A stretch of 64,000 bases of DNA from Eledone cirrhosa (GCA_964016885.1 OZ024740.1:304916001-304980000); one strand, 5' to 3'; positions 40,635-56,409 are shown, numbered from the stretch's first letter. Notes: generated by a model from the sequence alone, not told the origin. Numbers and translations are program-made.

Positions 40635-41609
40635 TCAGTATATATATAAAATTAAGTGTGTGTGTGTGTGTCTGTGTATTACCTAAGGGGCCTACATCTT
40701 ACGACCAATTTTCATGAAACTTTACAGGCTCATAGATTAGTCATTGGGGAGTGTTTTCTATATATAAGCGTATCGTTTTTTTTTATTCCGGGGTCATTCT
40801 GCAGATAAAAATTGATGGGGGGGGGGGGGGGGTCACCTTTTTTTAGGTATCAAAAAATAGAATTTTTGGCTCTAGCTCCCACATTTTGCCACCGATTTCG
40901 TTCAAATTTTAAAGCAAAATAGAATTTATCATTGCACATCCTATAATGGCTTTATATTTTGCCGCTTAAATATTCAAAAATACCACTTTTAGACTCAAAT
41001 TTCCACTTTTTCGGCTCTAGCTCCCACATTAATCAACCTACTTTATTCAAATTTTACACTACGCTAGATCTGATTATTTCACGGCTTAACGTGGCTTTAC
41101 ATTTTGGATCTTTTATTCAGGAACGCCGTGGCAGCCGCTTAAATATTCGAAAATACCACCTTTTCGCTCAAATTTCCGCCTTTTCGGCTGTAGCTCCCAC
41201 ATTTTTCAACCGATTTCGTTCAAATTCGAAACTTCGGCTCCACCTCACACATAAATCAATTTATTTGGTTCAACTTTTAAACTACGATAGAACCTATCAT
41301 TGCACATCTTATAGATGGTCAAAGGCAAAATGATGACCACTGATGTCGTCTAAGCTTTTAGTTGTGTATTTGAGAATTCATCGGTTTCCAATGGAAATTT
41401 GGCTTAGTGTTAGAGGTCATTACCTCCCTCCCCCAGCATGCCCCTTCGTCAGTCACCTGCGTTTCTCAGTGATAGAGGTCATCACCACCCTCCCCTGCAT
41501 GGCCTGTGTGTGGCCATAGATGAGTCGAGAAACATCGCTAAGATCAACACCTTTTCATCAAAGCATATATTATTTTACCTACCCAGGCAACGTTGGGTAC
41601 TGCTGCTAG
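40635..41609 (+). mobile_element. non-autonomous Helitron
   Basis: Starts a|TCagtatatatataaaa plus (GT)n, has internal ggctctagctcccaca repeats, and ends with hairpin cccaggcaacgttggg followed by CTAG|t. Confidence 0.75.
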
Positions 41610-41635
41610 TATATATATATATATATATATATATA

Positions 41636-41794
41636 TGAGGGTTGGCTGAAAGTTTCATAGGCTGACTCTGAAAAAGTGACGCTAGAGCTGTGAAATCTAG
41701 CATGCATTAATTTTAACTCTTCTTATTAGTAACTGCATTGTTTCATTCCATGAGAATAACTTGGTCAGCCTATGAACTTTTCAGCCAACCCTTG
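41636..41794. mobile_element. mariner-type MITE
   Basis: About 30-bp TIRs (gagggttggctgaaagtttcataggctgac / gtcagcctatgaacttttcagccaaccctt) within TA context. Confidence 0.8.
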
Positions 41795-41802
41795 TGTGTG
41801 TG

Positions 41803-41839
<37 letters not shown>

Positions 41840-42212
41840 TCATATACACACACACACACACAATATATATCATCATAAGCAGCAGTGAACGTAAAATGAT
41901 GATGATATTGATATTCACTAGATTTGATGGTATATAAAAGCTGCTTTTAGTTTAATTAAAAAAATATCCCCCACCCATTTTCTCCTTATATGAAATATAA
42001 AACATTCCTTAAATGAAAAGTTGAGCTACCTGGTAGGTTAATGTTTGTAATGACACTGGAGATTACCAGCATTAGTGAAAATATCTATAAACAGGTTTGT
42101 TAATCCAAATGTTTATAGTATCTTCATTATAGATAATAAAACAGACCATTGTACAAATTTGCAGTAAACTAAAGTAAAAACTTTAATTTTTTATGTGATG
42201 TAGTCAGTGTAA

Positions 42213-42434
42213 CCCTTTAGCATTTAAACAGGCCGCATCTGGCCAGAAGTTTCTCACCTCTTTCTGTTAAAACCAGCTGTGGCTGGCTGCTGATACTGAG
42301 GTTAAGGTATTGTTCTCAAAATAAATATCATCAAAATCTCATAGATTCGATGTTATGTGAGATAATTATGTAAGATAGAGTTTTTACCAAAAAAAATACA
42401 ATAGTATATGTAGAGTAATGTAAATGCTAAAGGG
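42213..42434. mobile_element. piggyBac-type MITE
   Basis: CCCTTTAGCATTTA ... TAAATGCTAAAGGG|TTAA; ends related to the 24186-25282 element. Confidence 0.8.
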
Positions 42435-42594
42435 TTAAAGATGTGGTATGAGACACTAAGTATTAAACATGTGGTATGAGATAGTAAGAATTAAAAGATT
42501 TATTACAAAAAACCATTATCTAAATGGGAGTGTTCTCTTATAACATACATTCTGTTATTGTTAAGCTGATTTTGTTTTCTTTTGTAAAGAGTTA

Positions 42595-42890
42595 CTAACC
42601 ACATTTACAGTGTTGACTGGGAACTTTTTACCGTGTTACCTACACAACCACATTACAACGTGGACTGGGTGTTCTTTTGTCATGACACCTAGATGACCTC
42701 ATTAGTTTGGACTGAATGTTGTGGTACCAACATAACTTTACAGAGAAAGGGGTGGTGTTGGTGGGAGTGGGATGATGGAGTAGGGGTAATGGGTTGGGGT
42801 GTATATTTGGTTTGATGGGTCTACTGACTGTAAGTTAACTTTGCACATGGGAAAGGCGGGTCTTCTGTATTACTGCATAGCACCAGAGAG
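42595..42890 (-). mobile_element. RTE 3' UTR fragment
   Basis: Matches 28460-28775. Confidence 0.7.
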
Positions 42891-43019
42891 GTACATATAT
42901 ATATATATATACACATACATACATATACATATATATAAAAGAAATCCAAAAGAATTATTGCTCCTACACTACAACAAAAGCATACAAAATAAGTGAGACT
43001 GTGATAAGAAAACACCAGG

Positions 43020-43828
43020 AAGATAAGAAAACACCAGGAAGAGACAGGATTGTCGGCTACTGGTACAAAAAACTGATATTCTATCGGAGGTATCTTATCG
43101 ACCTCTACCAACAAGTTCTCAAGGGAGATACACTTATACCAGAATGGTTGACATTAGCACAAACATTACTGGTCCCCAAGAACAAAGACACCCACTTGGC
43201 AAAAAACTACTGACCCGTTGCATGCCAGAACCTGATGTATAAGATGTATACAGCCTGCCTGAACCTATTTCTCCAAGATCACTGTGAAAATAATATCATC
43301 ATGGAAGAACAAGCAACTGGAAATAAAGGTATTTGGGGATGTGCTGAACAACTCCTAATCAACAAAACTGCAATGTCGGAGGTGCGACAACTTAGGGGGA
43401 ATATGGCTAGAGTCTGGCTGGACTACAGAAAAGCATTTGATTCTGTTCCCCACCCTTGGATGATAGAGACCCTCTGACTTGCTAATGTCCCAGACATTAT
43501 TATCAGAGCCATAGGGAAGCTGTCTTCTTCTTCGGCTACTATCCTAAAGTTAAAAACAGAGAAGGAGGACTCTATTTTCACTGATAAAATAGAATATCAC
43601 AGAGGTATATTTCAAGGAGACAGTCTCTCTGTGATACTATTTATCCTGTCATTAAACCTCTTGTCCTTTCTGCTCAAGAAATGTGAAGGATACATCCTTG
43701 GCCCACAGGAGGACAGAAATATGAACTTAACCCATAATTTCTTTATGGAAGATCTGAAACTCTATGCCAACAAGATAGATTAGATGAAGAAAAATCTTGA
43801 CCTGGTTACCACATTCTCAAACGATAGG
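43020..43828 (+). pseudogene. R4/Dong-type non-LTR retrotransposon RT remnant
   Basis: KTPGRD.I.GYWYKKL, PEWL, NY*PVAC.N.MYK, GCAEQLLINK, WLDYRKAFDSVPH, RGIFQGDSLS and FFMEDLKLYA motifs, with stops. Confidence 0.85.
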
Positions 43829-43912
43829 AAGTAATTTCATATTTCCAGCTGAAATGTGTATCTGTGTGTGACTTATATGACATTAAATATGGTGTATATA
43901 TATATACATATA

Positions 43913-44175
43913 GTTTCATCCATTCAAGGTTGATAAAAAAAAGTACCAGTCAAATACTGGGATCAATTCTTCTTCTATATCTCTTTCTCACTTCCATTCT
44001 CTCACTCTCTATCCGTTTCTGGAAGAAATCTGCTGTATTCAGACCTAGAGAGGAGATGGGTTCAGCAAGTTTTTAAAAAATTGCCTAGAACTGCCATATG
44101 TCAATACGGCACCCCTGTAACTCCCTCAGGAGTTACAGGGGTGCCATATTGACATATGGCAGGACCATGCATGCA
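43913..44175 (+). mobile_element. Meta-type SINE 3' half containing a 34-bp hairpin
   Basis: Homologous to 49800-50040. Confidence 0.7.
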
Positions 44176-44386
44176 TGAATATACATATATTTTACACATA
44201 AACACATACATTCATGTCTACAAAAAATACACCAATGGCAATTTACCAACTAACAATTCATCAATAACCAATTATTAATACCATATTTCAGTAAAGGGTT
44301 TTTTTAAATAAATAATAAATATTTATTAGTCACTGATAAAACTTTGACAAGATTTCTAGAATGAGATGTTATGACATACCTTTTAA

Positions 44387-44610
44387 CCCTTTTGATACAA
44401 TACCATCTGAGATTCCTCCCCCCTGGTTCCACAATATATTTATCTAAAAACCTTCCATCATAATTTCATATGTAAGAACCTTTGTTAAGTTTCATTCCAA
44501 ACATCAATTGATAATGGGAAAGTTAGTTTTATTACAAATCATTGATTATTTTCAAAATTATTTCACAATCATAGGCAGTATCTTTAATTAGAAATATGGT
44601 AACAAAAGGG
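44387..44610. mobile_element. piggyBac-type MITE
   Basis: TTAA|CCCTTTTG ... CAAAAGGG|TTAA. Confidence 0.75.
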
Positions 44611-45051
44611 TTAAATATGGAATGATAAGCAATACAAGCTTTTATTCAGTTGTATAAATAACATTATAAATTGTTTATAATTGTTACAGAATGAAAATAT
44701 AAACACAAATATAAACACATAAATACAATTAATTATTGCTAGGAACTTGACAAATATAATGCACACAAATATATGGTCAAAGCAAGAGAGAAAAAAAACA
44801 AACAAAAACAACCATCAATCACCACTAAGTGCGATAATCGGTCACATATCATGAGAGTCAAGGGAAATTTTTGAGGCAAGCCAACACGCTCACAACATCA
44901 CTGCAGGTGTTGGCATGGCCATGATAAGACTTGTTTGGTTTGTAGATTACAGTAAGCCTTTTTATTTTTTGGCTCAGTCATACAGATTTACTGCCATTGA
45001 ATTGGTGGTGAATTATCTGTCACTGGTAAATTATCCACACACACACAAATG

Positions 45052-45439
45052 TACTCCCAGGTCTCAAATAATTATCCCCACCTCTTATCAATTTCTCATA
45101 TTTTCCACCCCCACCCCTTCCAGCCTATTAAATTTTACTAATCTATCTCTGGTGAAATTTTTATTTTAAGTAGCAGCATTCCTGCAACAATTAATTTTCT
45201 ACAAACATTAAAAAAACATTATACATTAAAAAACATTATACATTAAAAATAAAGAACATTACTAGAAATTTCATACATTATAAAATAAATAGGATAGTTT
45301 GGGGTCTCAATATGTAAACTAAATGACTAATTCTATTTTGTTTGTTTTAAATCAAGTGAGACAACCAAGAAAGATTATCGATTTTCCAACCCCCACACTT
45401 ATTCCAACCACCCCCTTATTATTTGGGACTCGAGGGTAT
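45052..45439 (+). mobile_element. TA-flanked MITE (tactcyc.ggtctcaaataa family)
   Basis: Terminal inverted repeats. The body is shared with 58714-60005, 60195-60719 and the partial copy at 36450-36607. Confidence 0.75.
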
Positions 45440-45734
45440 ATGAAAAAAAAACGAAATCTACCGCTCATACCTATGCAAGTTTAGCTGGCTTCCTGCAAGG
45501 TTGTATCCCATAGGAGTTTTCTTGGGTACTTTAATGACAGGAGGCCCCAGTTCTATCATGAAAAGGAATGTGAAATAAAGTGCCTTGTTCAAGAACACAA
45601 CAAAGAAACTGGTCCACAAATTGAATCAGCAACCTTATGATCATAAGTGAAATACCCTAACCACTAATACATGTACCTTCACAAACATAAACATATACAC
45701 ATACATACATATATACATACATACTGTGTGCAGG

Positions 45735-46310
45735 AGAGGAGATAACGTTGATATGTATGAAGGACGACAGTTGTATAAAAAGGTGCAGAGCGCTAAAAGT
45801 CGATGGAAGCCTTGGAGTGGGGAGACACAAGAAGACCTGGGATGAACTGATAAAAGCTGATCTTGCCCAATTGCATAGGCGATTACACAGGACTGAGACC
45901 TCTGCCATTACGCAGTAATACAAAAGACCCGACTTCCCACGGGTACAAGCCAAAGCTGAAGCATATAGACAGTATGCCCCCACCCCCTGCCATTGTAAAG
46001 TGGTCATATAGGTGTCACGACAAAAAGCACCCAGCCCACACTGTAAAGTGGTCATATAGGTGTCACGACAAAAAGCACCCAGTCCACACTGTAAAGTAGT
46101 CATGTAAGCGCCATGATAAAAATAAAAAGCACCCAGTACTCACTGTATATGAGGCTGGTGTTAGGAAGGGCATCCCGCTGTAGAACCCAAGCCATAATCA
46201 GTTCTGTATGAGCAAGACATGGTCACCTGACCTGGCATTGCTCATAACAGGACAACTCATCTAACCCATGCTAGCATGGAAGACTGGACGTAAAACGGTG
46301 ATCATGATGG
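45735..46310 (+). mobile_element. RTE 3' fragment
   Basis: MKDDSCIKRCRALKVDGS...KTWDELI, then the 3' UTR and tail. Confidence 0.8.
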
Positions 46311-46334
46311 TTATATATATATAAATATATATAT

Positions 46335-46672
46335 CCTGCGTCTCCAACAGACCAGTGTCTGTCCTTAGGGCATCAACATACGTTAACCTTGGTCTTCCTT
46401 TTCTAGTGTGTCCATGTAGGGGCTCCCACAGGAGCACTGAGTGCAATGTCAACTCTGGATGTCGGTGAGCATGTCCAGCTAACCTCAGTCTCCTCTGTGT
46501 CACTTTTGGGATGCTCCCATACAGCTCTGAGTTTTTCATCCTCAGTGTATACTGATTAATGTTCAGAGCCATCCTCAGCATTCTCGTGTAGCATCCATCC
46601 ACCATCTGAGTGAGTTTTTTGGTCAGTGTCCAAGTCTCAGACCCGCACAGCAGCACAGACTCCACTGTTGGA
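46335..46672 (-). pseudogene. RTE/RTEX LINE C-terminal fragment
   Basis: TVESVLLCGSETWTLT, DGCYTRMLR, RRLRLAGH and GRPRLTY motifs. Confidence 0.8.
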
Positions 46673-49600
46673 GAAGCAGGACATGGCAGTGATAATGAGG
46701 GACAGAGACCGCTGGAGAGAACTCGTATATGGATCTCGGGAATTTTACCCGCCTTAGATAGAAATATATATATACACTCATAAAGTGAAATACACACTAA
46801 GGAAATGACATTACTGGTACATGTTTAGCACCATCAAAGCCACTGCTTACACTCTTTCACTCACCACCTGCTACTCAGAATGATGAATATTCTCTATTTC
46901 AGACATAAAACTACATTGTTAAAAAGGATTGAAGAACAGCCAGATGTTTTATTTATTTATTTCCAATCTAAAGACACACACACAGCCTACGGACAGGAAA
47001 TTGTTTGTGCAATATTCCCTATATTGTATTAGTGTATAGAAAGAATTACGTCAAAAGCTATATTGTTCAATGCCCTCACTAGATTATGGAATCCTGTTAA
47101 GTGGTTAAAGAGCAATCAATCAGAATCAGGATAACATTTCTTTTACCACTTTGTTAACTCTAGTCTGTGTGTGTGAGCATGTGTGTGCAGAAGAGAAGTA
47201 GAGGAAACAGCTATGATCTCATGTCCTGTCCATAGTACTTTTACTTCAATATCATTTATAAGGATGCATGGGACCAACCAATAGCTTACTTGGTGAGTCA
47301 CTCCCAGATATGTAGTAAAATGATATGGTTGCGGAGGTGATCGCTGATAATAGCAGAAAGAAAACAAACAAAAATATAATAAAATAAAAAACAGTGAAAA
47401 CCATGCAAAAGCAGGGATCTATATAACAATGTATTTCTTGAAATAGAAGAATCACTAAAACAGGCAAGTTTAGAAGATGATTTAAGAATCTTAGAAGAAG
47501 CAATATGTCAATATGACAAAGACTGGAATGTGTCAGGAGGAGGGTATACTAATCACTCATGAATTCAGGCAAATTTTTTAGCCAGCACAACATACTGTCC
47601 CATAATGAGATTGAGATCTTTGCTCCATGTACATCTCCCAGTCAACTGATGAGATGGGACTACTGTCTGTATACGTTCATTTTCCTGTCTTCACCCATAT
47701 CTTTTATTCATTACATGTGTGTGTGTGTCGATAAGAATAATGTTTTTGTTTCACAACTTCATTATGTAATGAGTTTCCATTATGTTAAATATCAACAGGT
47801 TTCTCGAATTTTTGGTTAATTCTGGCCATTCACATGCTAGGAGTACTTTGAAAGCGAAAGAGAACTTTGTATAGGGGTTCATATAGTTGAAGAGGAAGAG
47901 AAACACGGCAAGTGAGAGGGAGGAGAAGCAGGGTGAGAAAAAGAGAGGGCATGAGTAAGAAGGAAGAGAGTGAGAACAATAAAACCAAATCAAAAGATTG
48001 AAAGAAAAATTGTCAGAGAAAAACATGCATGTGCATGGGATTTTGATGTATTAAAAAGTTCAAATTATAAAAAATATGTTTGAAATAATTTCAAGGCATT
48101 AACACCAATGACAATGTAGTAAATGTAGAAAAACAGTGTTTCATTGTGAATTAATCACTCCAGATATTTCAGCAACCTTATCTACATAGAATTTGAAGTT
48201 GATAAAAATCGTCAAAATATTGATCCCGGATATAAGCATTTTTTTTTGGGGGGGGGGGGGGGGGGGGGGCATATTCTTTGGCTTATATTCGAGTACATAC
48301 GTACATACATACATGCATACGTACATACATGTGTGCATACATACAAATAAATATATTTTACAATTTCTGCATTTTTCAAACAAAATTTCATTTAAATTAT
48401 AGAAGAGTATTTTAATTTATTTTACTATACTGTTCAGTAGACTTTGTTGCAGGATTTAAGATATATTCTGGACCTATGACTTATCTGACCAGCTCCCCTC
48501 ATCCATTCAATCAGTGTACCTTTTTATGACACTCACCCATGAACTAAGAATACTTCACTGACTTAGAAAAGTTAAATTGAAATGTAGAATAGTTTTGTCA
48601 CCCAAACTGATGAGTGCTTCAGTCTAGAGCATTGGATTGGCAGAAATATTAGAATGTCTCTAATTACACACCTATTTACATTCTGAGCACAAATCTCACC
48701 ATGGTTTACTTTGACTTTTAGAAACCTTAGAGAGCTAAGGTTTCTAAAAATGTTAAGTAAGTAGTACTAGTTATGGATTTCATTCAACTAACTAAATATT
48801 TCCCCCCAGTCAATTTGAGTCTTGAGCAATAAAGGCTCAACTCATACCCACTTAGGACTCCCCTATACACAAGGGTTTATGATTTTAATAAGCTTAGTAT
48901 CATTAATGAAGGACATGTCATGTTAATATATCAAAAAGTAGTTTGTCTTGCTATGATTATTAATTACAGAGAGCACAGATATAAAATAGCTAAAGCAAGA
49001 GTTTGAGATGTATACAGTTGCTAGGACGAATGAATTGGGAAGAAAAATATGTATATGGTAGGCATGTTAAGGTGGAAAAAGATGAAAAGAGCAACAGTTA
49101 TTATAGTAATGGTAAAAATTAACAGCTGTTTATGATAAAACTTTTACCTATTAGGTAAATATTGTTGCAGAGTGGTTATGTGGATACAGTATGGTTGTAC
49201 TATCTGTTTATAAACTTTGAGTAATGCTTGTACAAGTGGGATGGTTTAGTGGATGAATTATTAAACTACCTGTACACAAGACCTGTGCTCAAAACCAATA
49301 TGAACATTGTGTTGAGTTTCTAAACAAGGGGAATAGGTACCAAATTATATGGAAATTTTACCTGTGTTACACAGGTGTTCTATCCAAGATTAATTTCAAA
49401 TCTGCTTTGTGCTATGAAATTAAAGTTAAGCACCAACTCACTCTTCAAAAATTTACATTAGATTATATGTTATCACTTTGGATATGATCTAATATTTGTC
49501 TAATATAAAAAACAGCCACCACCCCATCTCTTACATACACTAAAAGCAAATAAATGTGTAGTATTAGTACTTCAGGATAACATGATGGTATAATTACAAA

Positions 49601-49704
49601 CATTATGGATTGACTAACTCACTTAAATGAGATGATTTAGTTGATAAATAACAGTCTTGTCATCAACATCAACATTTAACATCTGTTAATAATGTTAGTA
49701 AAAG

Positions 49705-50040
49705 TGCTGAATTGACAGAATCATTAGAAGGTTAGATAGAATGCTTTGCAGTATTTGTTTCGGCTCCTTGAGTTCAAATCCCACTGAGGTCAACTTTGCC
49801 TATCATCCATTCGAGGTTAATAAAAAAAGTACCAGTCTAGTACTGGAGTCAATTCTTCCTCTCTGTCTCTTTCTCAGTTCCATTTGCTCGCTCTCTATCC
49901 TTCTCTGGAAGAAATATGCTGTATTCAGATCTGGAGAGGCAATGAGCTCTGCCAGGTTTTAAAATGCCCTAGAAACGCTAAATGTTAATACGTCACCCCT
50001 ACAAGTCCCTCAGGAGTTACGGGAGGACGCATGCATGGTC
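49705..50040 (+). mobile_element. tRNA-derived Meta-type SINE, long-tail subfamily
   Basis: ttgacagaatcattag A-box-like, gagttcaaatccc B-box, and caactttgcctatcatccattcgaggttaataaaaaaagtacc. Confidence 0.75.
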
Positions 50041-50337
50041 CCGTAAGGGTTTGACATCATTATCATTTAATGCTTAAACTGTAAAATTAGTGTTAACATG
50101 TTTAATGTGGGAATTATTAAAATACAGTTTAAAAAAAGACGATTTTAGTCAATGATTAATAGTGTTTTTATTTTTATCCAGTAAATATGGGAAATAACTC
50201 CAAAAATGGTTTAGTCATTTTGATTTCATGCATTAAGTATATTAACATTAACTTACCTATTGTTTTTCATGCTGGTGGCATTTCTTAATTTTGAAATAAT
50301 CCGATGCATGCACCCAATTTTTATACTAGTTTTATAT

Positions 50338-51445
50338 AAAGTCTATGTTAAGTGTCTGGCAAAGAGATGCAGGGAGATTGTTGAGTCCAAGCTGACTGAC
50401 AAACAGTGCAGTTTTCAACCTGGGTGCAACACTGCCAACCAAATATTCACACTGTAGCAGGTCTTTGAGAAATCGTGGGAGTATTGCCAAGAGATATATT
50501 CTTGTTTTGTAGACTTTGAAAAGGCATTATGACAGCATGCCTCGGGACCTGCTGTGGAAGGTTGTGCAGGAGTATGGGATTGATGGTCAGCTTCTTGCTG
50601 CCCCGATGTCTCTATACTAATGCCCAAGTATTTGTGCTTGAATAAATGGTGTTGAATCAAAACCATTCAATGTAGGTGTCAGACTCCACCATGGGTGCAT
50701 ACAATTACCTCTCCTGTTCACTATTTTCATGAATAGGAGTGACATGTGCAGCCAAGTTGGAAGTGGTATCATGACAGGCAGGTGTAAAAAGTCAGCTGTA
50801 ATTTGCAGAGGACATGCTGTTACTAAACTCGACAGAAGGTGATCTACAACTTGCAGTCAATAGGTTGATGTGCAGTTCACTCTATATGTGAATGGAGTTC
50901 CACTGAAGCAGGTAGAGAAGTTCAAGTATCTTGGGGCCATGTTCACGAGTGATGGAAGGTGGGAGGCTGAATTACATGCAAGAATTACAGGAGTTGGTGC
51001 AGTAATGCGCCAGCTTCAGCATTCAGGCATCAGAAGAAGGGAGGTAGGTGTAAAAGCCAAACTCGCTATCTTCAATTTGATATTCATGCCAACCCTTACC
51101 TATGGTCATGAATCTTGGTTAATGACTGAAAGAATATAATCATGAATACAAGCAGTCGAAATGGGGTTCCTCCAAAAGGGTCTTTGGAGTAACGTTACTC
51201 GATAGCGTGCATAGCTCAGAGATCAGAGAGTCACTCCAAATTGAGAGATCACAGTCCGATACTATGGGCATGTGGTTAAAATGTCTCAGGTGTAGACCCC
51301 GAGCAAGATGGTTGGATAACATCCATGAGCTCGGCTGGTCTGGTTTGAGGATCCAGCTGGATCAGTTGGAGACGGTTGCTTCTGACAGGACCCACTGGAA
51401 TGAGTGTTTGATGACTCTGCCCACATGACCCTCAGGAGGAAGAAT
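50338..51445 (+). pseudogene. degenerate RTE LINE (second family)
   Basis: QCSFQPG...QIFTL, CFVDFEKA, LKQVEKFKYLG, PTLTYGHESW and RPRARWLD motifs, with many stops. Confidence 0.85.
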
Positions 51446-51494
51446 TGGTATGAGGTGTTTATGTTGCATATCGATCATGTGTATGTGCAGACTG

Positions 51495-51622
51495 TTAGGA
51501 AGGAATGAAGAGGGATATCATCTGCATAAGGGTGGATGTTGTTAGAGCTGATGGCACATAGGTTGTTGAATAGGATGAAGAGTTTGGGGACCATAACAAA
51601 ATCTTGTGGTAGACCAAAGCTG
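51495..51622 (-). pseudogene. old Jockey/CR1-group RT remnant
   Basis: Minus strand PQ.FV..PKLFILF...IHPYADD. Confidence 0.5.
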
Positions 51623-53499
51623 AGAGAGGGGGGGGAGGGGGGGTGACAGAGAGAGAGAGGGGGGAAGGAGACAGAGAGAGAGAGAGGGAGAGAGAGACAG
51701 AGAGAGCTCCATCAGCACATACTACAATGGTGTGATTTAACAGGAAGCTTCCTATTCAAAATAAAGGGACAGAAGGAGCAAAAGGTAAGAGGTAGTTATA
51801 GATATAAAAACAAAAAAGGATGAGATTGTTCCAGCTAGAATTACTTTGACTATAGGTTTGCTCAATCAGAACCCAACAGCTAAACAACTTAACGTATTGT
51901 TGGTATTCTTTCAACCTTTGGTCTATTGGTAATATTTACACAATTACCTAGTTATCGAGTGAGTGAAAGTGAGGGAGAAGAGGAAATGTGTGACGTCCAA
52001 ACTAGTATTCTCCACCTCCAACTAACTAACCATCCGTCTCTTAGTCCTGTCTAATAGGATGGAGAATACACAGCCCCAGAGGATGATTCCCAAGGGAAAT
52101 GCACTTGAACAGCCACAAAGGTATCGTTTATTCTGCACTTTATTAAATTTTTATCTGTATAATTGCCTCAACTCCTTCATATCTGACAGTTATAACTAAC
52201 ACACTTTGGCATGTGTGGATGATACTTACGGATACATTTGTATTTGTTTACAACTGTTGTCCACTATAAACCTATCATTTATATACAAGTATTCTTTACA
52301 TAGTTACATTCCTATTTAACTTACTGGCATGCCAACATGACATACCCACGCACACATTCTTCTAAATTCATCTGTCTGCCACTATCACTTTCTGTACTTC
52401 TCCAACCACTAGTAGTTGTTGAAATATCTCTTCCTCTCATGACCTTACTTTCTTCTGACCTTACTTTTCTCTGAAGTTATCAACCTTCATGCACCCCAGT
52501 GCTCTTGGCTTTCACATACCACCACCCAATAAAATGGAAGTTGCTGATACATGAATTAAATCGAGCTATTCTAAATCATCTTTCTTTTAGTATCTTCACA
52601 TACTTATATCCCTGACCAATACACGAATATGCTCAACAAAGTTCCTCTTAAATTCTCTTGCTCCATATCTCACCATTATATAAACACAATCACCATATCT
52701 CACCACCAAATCTATTTTATCATGAATCCTAAAAAAATAAATCATGATTGGAATGCCTTTTATCATGTCTACCTATCAGGATTGACCCCTGAATTAACCA
52801 ACAACTTCTCTTTTCACCTAAAATGATTGATCCTTACTAAAACAGTGTAATTCACAGAGCTACCTCTAATCTTCATTAAGCTCTTCAGGCCTTTTCTCTT
52901 TACAGGCATATTTCCCAATCTAAAGCAGGTGTAATGGCCCCTCTACCCCTGCAAAATATCTTAAACAATTAACTCATTTATCACTGAGAGTCTCTCTCTC
53001 TCCCATTTGCCTTCCTATGCCTGCCTTTAAAAACTTCAACAAAAGCAATGTTATTGCTCTTATCACCAGAAAATACTTTCATAGTATCTGACATGGGAAC
53101 AGATTTGTCTACCTATGAGCTGTATTCCTCTTTAATAATCTTTCCTCCTCTTCCTTGAATCTTACCCAGCAGATTGCAGGCTAAACATTTTGACCTCTAG
53201 AATTTCTTCTTTACCATCATTTTCCACACTGACCTAACCCTGCAGAAGTTCAAACTTAACATCAATCACACTATTTGTGTACTAGAAGCAAAGATTCAGG
53301 CGGTGTTAAGTATGCTACACATAAATATAAAAAATAAGAAATCAACATACATACATACACATGTTCCCAAAGTTTTATATGTATTAACAATAACTTTAAA
53401 TTGATTGTATTACAACCTGCATATTTAGAATAGTAGTACCAACAGCCTATAATAATGGCATAGATCATAATAGTGAAATCATGAGGTAAATACTAATAA

Positions 53500-53678
53500 C
53501 TGTTTCTACTTTTGGTACAAGGCCAGCAATTACCCAGTACATTACTGGTACTCTATTTTATCGACCCCGTAAGGATGAAAGGCAAAGTGAACCTCGGCGG
53601 GATTTGAACTCAGACCGTAAAGGGACATAACTATGCTGGAAAGCATGGCGTCCGACTCTCTACCGATACTGCCAATCC
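53500..53678 (-). mobile_element. tRNA-derived Meta-type SINE
   Basis: Near-identical to 2000-2178. A tail-only copy lies at 54554-54596. Confidence 0.85.
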
Positions 53679-54623
53679 ACCAACAAAGTGGAGATAGTAG
53701 TCCATATATTATAACGATATGAAGTTAAATGTAAGACTGTAGAATTTAACCATTTTTAATTTCAATATTAACTTTTAACATCATTTACTGTATGAAACTG
53801 CATTATCAAGACATTCTTGAAAAGTACAAAACAGCACTATGACAGTAGCACATTAAACACTATAAATAAATGCAGAAATTGTAAAATATATTTATTTGTG
53901 AAACACCTTCAATATATATATATTTGGAAACTCTGCTTTGTAGAATCGAGACATATCCAAGGATCTTGCGATTTCAGAGTCAGGTTTGATCACTGCATCG
54001 ATTGTGCCTCGAGCTGGTGCCAGAGAAACGGTTGTAATATGTCTAATAAATCTTATTCGTCGCACCACTGATTCTCCGTTTCTTATGTGATATATATATA
54101 CATATACAAATATAGAGTTAATAACTCATATTGATACCCTGCAATTAACAAGCTCAAAGTATAAATACTGAGCATTATAATATTAATATGTGTAGAAGGA
54201 AACACAGTAAACCCGTGTCTAAAATTACGAGGGTAGATTACACCACAAATGTTATATATCATTCACCCACAATCATATGGGATTTTACAAGATTTCTTAC
54301 AAGATTTCTCATATTTACCATTTCAATAACCATTTCATCTCCTGGACAGACTAAAGATTTAATCTGTTTCGCCCTGAATGAATCGTGTTTGTGACAAGTA
54401 ATCCGTAGGCATTTTGTCAGCAGGAGATAAGATTAAATGTTACATAACACCCACAACAATAAACTCACTAAAGCTTACACCTCGGGTGTTGAAAGTCATA
54501 TGCGGTGCGAGTGGTTATGCTAAAAATAATAGCCCATTTACACTCATTTTTATAATTGTTTCTACTTTAGGCACAAGGCCAGCAATTACCCAGTGCTAAT
54601 CTCAACAGATAAGGAGCCGAAAT

Positions 54624-54688
<65 letters not shown>

Positions 54689-54859
54689 TTGTTATACTTT
54701 GGGAGGGTCATGTTGCCAATAAGAAACACACGCACCAGTTGCTTTCACTTCAGTTTATTATATATTTATAAATTTACAAATTTATAAATTTATAAATTTC
54801 TGGTTGGTTGGTTGGTTCCACAATCAGATAAAGAATCTTGCTAAACAAATTCAGAAACG

Positions 54860-56145
<1,286 letters not shown>

Positions 56146-56409
56146 TAGAGTATATGTTCCTACACGCACAAGGCGCTTAGGGACACATGTATTGTCCAAC
56201 CATATGCCAATGTGGTTCAAAATTTGGTCGTTCTGACTGCTGCTAGTTATAGCGGAAGCAGACTGACCTCCCTGCCTCTGCCTCTATCTTTACACACGGC
56301 ACTTGAAAGAATTGCTTCCACTTCATTTACTCTCATCTCGGGAACAATTTTGAATAGCGCCAGTTCGTAATTTGAACTCGGGAATTTTATATTCTCCAAG
56401 TGAAAAGAT

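Noticed and set aside
48605-48635. CTGATGA plus a 6-bp stem
   Set aside because: GAAA is absent and the sequence runs into a SINE head.
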